A stretch of DNA of 51,192 nucleotides from positions 1 through 51,192 of the forward strand of contig ADNK01000763.1 in the NCBI GenBank assembly GCA_000320545.1, in the 5' to 3' direction. This DNA comes from Bigelowiella natans CCMP2755 (lineage: Eukaryota; Protista; Cercozoa). Positions 42,564-51,192 of the stretch are shown here, piece after piece (the stretch's first letter is position 1; each line of letters opens with the position of its first letter). Both the position numbers and the translations under genes were made by a program. A model generated the notes under the pieces. That model was not told where the DNA came from, ran no database searches, and saw only the letters and a list, made by a program, of their open reading frames with translations.

Positions 42564-44105
42564 CTAATCAGCAGGCATTGAGCCCGCCTTCACAACAACG
42601 CAGAAGATTTTTCGCTGGTATTCTGCCCTTCGTTTGGAAGACCAAAAAAGCCGTAATTGAGCAGAAAACCTACAGGGACCCATCAAATCCATGTGGAAAT
42701 TCTCAACAGAAACCTGCGCACTTCCTAATGGGACTTCCAACATGTGAGGAAATGGAAAGCTACTCGTAAGACCAACGATGTTTTTCTGTTGTATTTCCTG
42801 ATTTCCCCCGGAATTCGTGAGATGCACCAGAGACGGCATTTTCTCGGGCTCTGAGTGTTTGACAAGTAGATCTAATAACGGCATCAACAACTGAGTTATG
42901 CGCGCGTTCTGTTACTGCACAATGAAAAATAGATCCAAATTTTTACTGCGACAACCTCGAAACTTCACCCGCTGGGCCGGGAAAAGATTCGTCGGAAAGA
43001 CATCCTCTGATTTTGAGCATGGGATGCGGCCAGACAGTCTGCGTTTATTGTCTGCGCCATGAAGAATCGTTGTCGCTGTCAAAGGCTAACGCGCTACAGT
43101 CCATGTTTGGTGTTTGGAATTATTGAACCCAATCCCCACCCCAGATACTCTTGAGTGAGCGACACAACGGAGCATCATCGCAGAGGAGTTGGGAGATAGA
43201 TTGGTAGATTGGTGTGTTTTTGTTCTGAATCGGAACATTGGAGCTAAAAGGAGGCAACTCTCGTGATCTCGGCCAGTCACGTTGAGTGTTGATTTCCTTC
43301 CGAGCTGTAAGGAAATTAGTTTGAACTGCGCAACCACGAGAGGCAGCAGGGTTCAGATCTCCGAAAAATGGCTGCAAAGGATACTGATTCCAATGGTATT
43401 AATGGGCGGAGTTTGGGTTGTGTTGCTATTGAAACATCTTCAGTGAAAACATGACTCATCTCATGCAGAGCTATTGCATTTACTGATTATTCTATATCGC
43501 CATGATTGTTAGTTCATGACTTGGAGATATACCTCAATGCGCACAAAGACCTTCCAAAGGCGGAGGTAACTTGAAACCCTAAATTCTTTATTTAATATCA
43601 ACGGTCTGATGGGGGACACTCGTCCAGGTGTTGAAGGCAATAGAAACCAAATATAGCAAAAGGCAAATCTATTCCCGAATCGCAACTTCACTTATTTCGG
43701 TAACCCAAAGCCTTGTGTATTTGATTTCCTCTTATGGATGACGATCTGCTCATCAGAACTAAAAACGTCTTTCTGAATAAATTGTGCAGGTAAATCCATA
43801 CTTACCAGTGGAAGCATACGACGAAAACACATACGAGGTAGGCTTCAGTGCAGTTCTCATCGGATAGTTTGCAATATCTTCGAACTACGTTGAGACATGT
43901 AATGTGGTAGAAATTCGATCCATGGGTTTACGAGGACATCCCGCCCCGGTCCCACGTTTTCGGGACTGCAAGGTCTGCATGCACATTGTTTTAAAGTAAT
44001 CGCAGTACTTGATTTTGCTTCGGGTGATTCAATATTTGCAGAGACGCTTATAGAAACTGTGTTGGATTCCAGCGGCAGAGGCATAACTGCGCAATAGTTG
44101 CTCAT
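42564..44105 (-). CDS. Possible multi-exon hypothetical protein
   Basis: A chain of minus-strand open segments with plausible GT-AG borders (ORFs 43857-44141, 43120-43377 and 42564-42890; exon PLTATTILHGADNKRRLSGRIPCSKSEDVFPTNLFPAQR). No domain recognised and frames not fully resolved. Confidence 0.35.
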
Positions 44106-44564
44106 GGTGAACACTAACCAATTATACAAATTTCGCAACATATATGATGCCTCTCTCTGTGCGTGTAACTGTGCGAAATTGCAGAGTTGTTTTTGTATAG
44201 TTTACACACACACTTACACACACACTTACACACACTCACTCACACTTACTTTATATATTTAATATCACACACATACTCAAACTTCCTGTATATATTTTTT
44301 ATCTTGTGCGTGCGGTTGTACTTGTGTGATGTCTCTTCACCGTATGCATTGGTTTCCAGGCATTTCAGGATCGGGGAAGACCGAGAACATTCGACTTGTT
44401 CTCAGATACATACTTCGAGCGTCGTCAAACGTCAGGAAAAAAAAGGTGGTGCGCTCGAATTGTCACCTTAAACTACTCCAATTTAACAATAGATGAGTCT
44501 CGCAAACACGAATGGAATTCCACTAATCTACCTTGCCTCCATCACCTCAAAGTTCAACTTTCAC

Positions 44565-45453
44565 ATGGGAGACACAAGGGGAATCGTGCATTTTGATAAA
44601 GTCACAACACTTTACGAGTACAAACCCCAAAGACCTGCGGTAAGCTCTTCTCATCACTTCTGCTTTTGTACCCATTCTAATGGCTATGGATTTTACGTGG
44701 GCAGGATCTCCACATAAAAAAGGGGGAAATGGTTCAAGTCTTGAAGAAAAATCCTAACGGTATATTATATTCTATATTCAATCATGTGCGGGATTCATGC
44801 CTCGCCTTTTCGGATGGGAGCGATTAATGTTATTTTCTCGATCTCAAACTGGTTCTTGGAAAATGGGGTGTTTTTTGTCGATGGAATATCTAAAATGTAT
44901 GGATTTTGGTGAGCAAGAGGGGGAATTTCCATCCCCGCCCCCGCCTTCTCGTCCTAAACCCCCAAAACATACATCATCATCATCATCCGCTGGAAGCAAA
45001 ATGAAGGGCAGCTTCGTTCGTAGCCAAGTGCGCGCTATGGAGCGTTCCCTCACCCCTTCATCATCATCATCATCATCATCGTCCTCCTCCCCCTCCTCCT
45101 CCTCCTCACTGCCATCCATGCACTCCCGAACACCGTCCGTTCCTACGCCGTCCATCCCGACGCGACAGAATCGTCGCCCAATGGACCATTACTTGAAGAA
45201 AATGAAGAGAGGAGGAGGAGGGGGAGGAGGAGGGGGGGGGGGGGGTAGAGCCAAGCATGAGACGGAAATTAGTGAAATTCATGACAAAAAAGGCGTCGAC
45301 GATAGTGTTCGGACAAGTAAAGAGGCGTGGAAAACCTTGGGTTGGGGAATAATCGGGGCTGGGAGCAAATTCGTCTCCTACCTAGTCATTATTTTCAGTT
45401 TATTTTATTGGGAGGCTTCATCTTACACTATTACTTCCAACAACTCTAGGAGC

Positions 45454-45490
<37 letters not shown>

Positions 45491-46006
45491 CTGTTCTTAT
45501 CAGGGTGAGATGAGGGTTTGATTGTCCTTGGCGCATAAAATGGATTTCCTCAGGTTGGTGGTACGGGAAAAATCTAAGGACAAATAGGTTGGGTTTGTTC
45601 CCTTCCAACTACGTCGAAGTAATAGCTGCGCCTCCTCGAAGTCGCGGCAAAGAGGAGCCGCCCGCTACACTTGAGGTAACATAGTTTATAAGCACTGCTA
45701 GCATCCCTCGGTTGGCGTGATGTTCGTACAGAAGCCCTTCGAACTACGGTGTGCTTCTCACGTACGGAAACCGGCAACGAGCAGCATTAAATATTGGTGT
45801 ATTATTGAAACTGGGGACTGAGCGAGCTGCTGCTTGTGCATATTGATGATAAGGATCATATCGATAATGATATTGATGATGATGATAAGAAGAAGAAGAG
45901 GAAGAAGAGCTGAACATATTCAATAACAATAACCCCTTAGGAAAAAGTTATGCACGCATTCTGTCTCTTGGAAACCTTCGGAAATGCGAAGTAAGTAGTA
46001 GAAGTT

Positions 46007-46040
<34 letters not shown>

Positions 46041-46286
46041 TCGTAGTAGCTCATGCCCACCTCTGCTGGCCCGCTGTCTTTATATTGTTGTTGTTATTTC
46101 ATCGTCATTTTCATAATTGCTCGGGAGAATGCCAGCAGTTGTCGGCTAACCAGCACTTTCGTATCGTATCGCTACAGGTTAATGGGAAATGACAACTCCA
46201 CTCGAGACGGCTGTGTCTTCACGCTTGCGGTTGACAGGCGAGGCCGCTTACGTCACGGAGCGGTTACAAATTTCATGGTATAGACA

Positions 46287-46335
<49 letters not shown>

Positions 46336-46935
46336 CTCTCAATCTCTATGTGTGGGCGTGCTCGCTTTGGGGGAGATCGCTCCGGATCGCTTTCCGCTTC
46401 GGAGTTGTATAGAGCTGCCTCGAACGCCGCGCAATCGATGTTTGCACCCTACCCCAAGTTTTCCATGTCCATATCCATCATCACCTCTTCGTTGCTCTTA
46501 TGATAATAATAATTAATAGTAATAATTATTATGTCTCTATCCCGCCTAGGTGGAGCAAATGAGAGTGACACACCAGGAATCCCACTGCTACGGTTTTCAC
46601 GTTGTCTACCGGTATAATATTATTATTGCAAAAATGCTGCTGCTGATTGATGCTGCTGCCATGCCGTGAACAGCTTGCAATAGCATGTTATTTATGGTTT
46701 ATGGCTGTACACAGTCATGCTCACTGTGTAGATGTGTGTGTGCGTGTGGGTGTTGAGTTCTCGATATATGATTCTTACTCGCTGTGTGGGTGATGAATTC
46801 TCCATATATGATTCTGACTCCCTGCATCGTATCCCAGGGTACTTGCCAAGGTGAACGCTCAAGGTATGAAGAACAACGAACCCCTTTCTGATGATATTTT
46901 ATGATGATGATGATGACGATGATGATGATAATGAT

Positions 46936-46975
<40 letters not shown>

Positions 46976-47521
46976 TGTGTGTGTGTGTGTGTCGCTACTC
47001 TACTCTAGGCACCAATGAAGAGAAGAAGCTGTTTCTTTCGCAGCCTCTTAATTTCCTAAGAAAGTCCACTACCGACATGCGTGAGGGTATGATGCCTCAT
47101 TACCATTACTTCTTTATTTTCATTATTATGATATGTGTTCCTTCTTTCCTGGTAGCAGCCTTGCTCTTCCTTTCCCCTAGAAGCATTTCTCTCTACTGTA
47201 TGTACGTGCGCAAGCTGATATCAGCGACATCAACAAACAACAGAATACCGTGGCTACGAAAACATGTGCGAGGACATGAGGAGGTAAAAACGGCTGGCGT
47301 TCTTAGCATTTTTCATGAGTTTGCTACTAATTACTATCGCTAATCGATGGTCCTCCCTCTCGCCCACCCCGGCTCTGGCAGAGGACCGAAGGAAAGCTGA
47401 TGAATATGTTCGTTGTTATTGCTCGTAGGATTGGATTTTCGAGCGATGATATGAAGGCAATTGAGGATGTGCTTAAAGGCATCTTGGCCTTGGGCAACAT
47501 CGACTTCGTCAACTTTGTGGT

Positions 47522-47557
<36 letters not shown>

Positions 47558-47952
47558 GTATGTGTGTGTGTATGTGTGTGTGTGTGTGTGTGTGCTGTGT
47601 GCTGTACGTGTGCGTTAGTTGTCGTTAAAAACACCGATTTAAGTAAGCTCCGCCAAAAATGTGGTTGAACAGAATGCCGGCACGGAGATCTCCAAGGAAT
47701 CTCGCCCATATCTTGAATTCGCATCAAGAAGGTAGTGTTATTTGACATGGTGCAGCATACCCTGGCAAGGCTGCTGGACAGGGTTTTTAAATCAGTTGCT
47801 TCCCCTCTAATTCTATCCATCCGCCTCCAATAAATAGTCTTGGAATCAAAGAGCAAATTCTAGAAGCACTGCTCACTGGTAACCTCCCCCCTCCCCCCCC
47901 ATCCGCCCCCGTTTCCGTGGTGCACGCACTACACGCAAGCACACAAATTCAG

Positions 47953-47995
<43 letters not shown>

Positions 47996-48040
47996 CATAA
48001 ATCTTCGATCATTACATACATCCCTTCTCTATCATCGTTG

Positions 48041-48073
<33 letters not shown>

Positions 48074-48282
48074 TCATCACCAGGCACATTATCCCCTGCG
48101 TATGGAGACAATCCTGGACGAATGCTGTGCAAATCGGTGCGACCCCGAATGAAAATATGAACTATATAAATAAACAAATAAAACTTAAGAAGGCTGGCGA
48201 TTGATTTACGATGCATCAATCCTCTCAAGCTGTTCGATCACAAATACGATTGAGTGAATGCACGGCTGCATAGAGGGTGTTG

Positions 48283-48321
<39 letters not shown>

Positions 48322-49059
48322 TGCTGCTGCTGCTGCCGCTGATGGCCTCCTACCCATCTCTCCCGTGTTTTACGTATATGTTTCTAATACCCACATGCAT
48401 CCCTGTCGACGTCTGCGTGTGCTGGTTGATTGCCCCCCTCCCTCAGATCGCCTCTGAAGCATTCAGCCTTGTGTTTGAATACGTCCTGCAAACTATCAAT
48501 GAGTCTCTAGGAGCTGGTAATGTATCATCGTCCTTGTTCCGCTGGGGGACATTTTATAGCAGCAGCAGTGTTCGTGCTTGTGATTCCCATGATTAGCGGC
48601 CTGTTTGATCTAATATATCTACTCCTACTCTTGCTTGTACTCCTTCGTTGCTGACGTTGTTCTGCTATGCTCCTCCTCCCCTCCTCCTCCTCCTCCTCCT
48701 CCTCCTCCTCCTTTTCTTCTTCTTCTTCTTCTCATTTGATGCTGCCATCTTTGCCAAGGCGGCAGCAACGGAGATATCAGCTCTGTTAGATATGCGGTCC
48801 TCGTGGATTTACCAGGTTGGTGGTGACGTAAGATCTTTCCACTTCTCTCCCCCCCCTCCCTGCGATGAACGACCGCCTTGTTCTCCTTCGTGGACAACGG
48901 CATTTTTTGAGATGATGATGATGATGATGATGATGACGATCACGACGACGTCGTCTATCTTGGCAATGACCATCGTGCAGTGAGTAGTGAGTTGCAGGAT
49001 TTGAACGTACATCTTTCCTGGCGCTCATTACTTCTGTCCGTGCGGAATTCTCTTCTGAC

Positions 49060-49098
<39 letters not shown>

Positions 49099-49380
49099 AA
49101 TGTGTGTGTGTGTGTGTGTGTGTGTGTCCGTAACAACAGGTTTTGAGTACCTCGGGGAGAAGAACACCATAGAGCAAGTTTCGATCAATTTCGCCAGCGA
49201 AGCACTCCAAAGCGTCTACGAGGAGCAGGTAAGGCCAAGTTCTCCAGATGAGAAAGATGGTGGTGGTGGTGGTGGTGGAGGTGGTGGTGATGATGATAGG
49301 AAATTGGGATGATGATGATAATGATGGATGATGATGGATGATGGTGATAAAGAAGTCGTCTTTTTCGTACGCGAACACTG

Positions 49381-49417
<37 letters not shown>

Positions 49418-49494
49418 GCGATCGGGCTTGTTGTTGGGGCCTTGAATATGGTGATGATGTGCCTATATGATCACATGTTGAAAGATACATATAT

Positions 49495-49525
<31 letters not shown>

Positions 49526-49688
49526 AGTATAGTATCCTTCATTTCTTCATTGATTTTGTTAATTCTATTGCTACAGCTAGAAGCCACGTTGCCGATTGTC
49601 GTTCTCGCATAAATTTGTCCGATGTCTTGATTTTGTCAGGTCGCTGAGAGTCCCAGATCAAACGTATGTAGAAAAGAGAGTGTGCTTG

Positions 49689-49731
<43 letters not shown>

Positions 49732-50250
49732 TATATATAGTACATAAATATAAATGTTCATTATATTTGATCGCTTGTCCTCCCCCGTGCATCCACTTCT
49801 TCCTACAGCGAAGCTCAACGAATAAGCTTGCGATGACAGATCTAAACCTCATCTTCAAGATCATAGAGGCAAGAGAACAATATAACGAATAATTCTTCTT
49901 GCTGATGATACTTGCTGACGATGATGCCGCTTTGTATGTTTTGTCACTCACCACAGTCACAAAAGGTTTTGAAAGACATTACGGATAGGTCTATCTTTGA
50001 CAAAGGTTTGCAAAGGAGAAAAAAAGGGGTGGAGAGGATAGACCAGAGTGGAGAACGATTATGTTATGAACGTGTATTAACCGAGATTACGCGTTGTTGT
50101 TGTTGTTGTTGATGATGTTGTCACACAGTGTGCGGAAGGCGGCCTCCAACGAGCAGCGAGATGAATACTCCTCGGAAAAGTAAAATGGTATTATGAGACA
50201 ACATCCATATCCAAGCTCGCACGTACGCCTTCATTACACGTCGCCAATCT

Positions 50251-50284
<34 letters not shown>

Positions 50285-50370
50285 CATCAAGATCACAACC
50301 ACCACCATCATCACCCATCATCATCATCATCATCATCCTTTTACTATTTTATGTTGACATGGTTACGCTG

Positions 50371-50446
<76 letters not shown>

Positions 50447-50767
50447 CGCATCATATCGTCGCAAAGTTTATGGTCGTGCACTACATGGGGAGGGTAACGT
50501 ACTCCCTGGACAACTTCACAACGCACTACGGCAATGAAATCTCCGATAAAGCCCGGAGCATTCTTAAGTCTAGCAAGAATGTAAATAGTCAAAAGCAGCA
50601 TAGTTGCGTAAAAAGAGAAGACCATGATTGAGTTTTCTTATCGTAACCATTATAGAAGGAATACATGCTTGTGAGAACCGCTCTCTCTCTCCTTCTCTCT
50701 CTCTCTCTCTCTCTCTCCACCCCCCTCCCCCTTCCCTCTTTATGTCTATGCGTGTGTGTGTGTGAGT

Positions 50768-50811
<44 letters not shown>

Positions 50812-50858
50812 TCCCTACTCCCACGCCATTCCTCTCATATAATACACACTCACCACAA

Positions 50859-50920
<62 letters not shown>

Positions 50921-50999
50921 GTATATATGTGTGTGTGTGTGTGTGGGTGTGGGGGATAATATGTGTGTGATTGAGGGGGGGGGGGGTGGTAGCGAGAGC

Positions 51000-51047
<48 letters not shown>

Positions 51048-51192
51048 CACACACACACAGACAGACAGGGACGGGGGGAGGGGGGGGAGAGAGGGAGAGA
51101 GAGAGAGAGGCACACCACCATCAATCTCTGGTCCTACTCCTTTTGCCATCCATCCATAAATCTATCCTCCCTCCTCCTCCTCCCTCGGTCTT
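44565..51192 (+). CDS. N-terminal SH3 domain followed by a divergent myosin motor-like domain; continues beyond the window
   Basis: SH3: KVTTLYEYKPQRPADLHIKKGEMVQVLKKNPNGWWYGKNLRTNRLGLFPSNYVEVI. Motor motifs in canonical order: LLETFGNAK; NDNSTRDG; VEQMRVTHQ...FHVVY; IGFSSDDMKAIEDVLKGILALGNIDF; FSLVFEYVLQTINESL; LVDLPGFE...NTIEQVSINFASEALQ; FMVVHYMGRVTYSLDNF. Confidence 0.85.
45880..51192. repeat. Very dense intronic microsatellites ((TG)n, (CT)n, (TA)n, (GAT)n, (GTA)n, (GTC)n, (GTT)n, poly-G); similar in CYP97, MCM5 and PPR introns
   Basis: Directly visible tandem arrays in most introns of these genes. Confidence 0.95.

Noticed and set aside
49861-49880. Possible GC-AG donor (GAG/gcaag) in the myosin-like gene
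   Set aside because: The exon boundary cannot be resolved without transcripts, and GC donors are a known minor class.

Overview
This is intron-rich eukaryotic nuclear DNA, so the six-frame ORF track is mostly exon fragments and microsatellite noise. I spliced the genes by eye using GT-AG boundaries; internal exon edges are approximate. The short weak-consensus introns, frequent AAG acceptors and a bipartite signal+transit leader on a plastid enzyme suggest an alga with a complex plastid (chlorarachniophyte-like; inference only). About 12 genes: a hypothetical protein (-), a Lys-rich protein (+), CYP97 carotenoid hydroxylase (-), a coiled-coil protein (-), a PRRC2/BAT2-like protein (+), a PPR-like protein (-), a lipoyl-domain/KGD4(MRPS36) fusion (+), MCM5 (-), CDP-DAG synthase (+), a membrane-anchored APS kinase-ATP sulfurylase-pyrophosphatase fusion (-), a weak hypothetical gene (-) and an SH3 + degenerate myosin motor gene (+, runs off the window). 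Most interesting: (1) a stand-alone lipoylatable KGD4/MRPS36 adaptor with no E2 catalytic core; (2) five GCTAGC/CATG/TGCA-rich tracts found only downstream of gene 3' ends, four sharing the exact 12-mer CAAGCTAGCAAG; (3) a PAPS-synthesis triple fusion with a type II signal anchor; (4) a probable pseudo-myosin; (5) an inverted pair of E2F sites upstream of MCM5.
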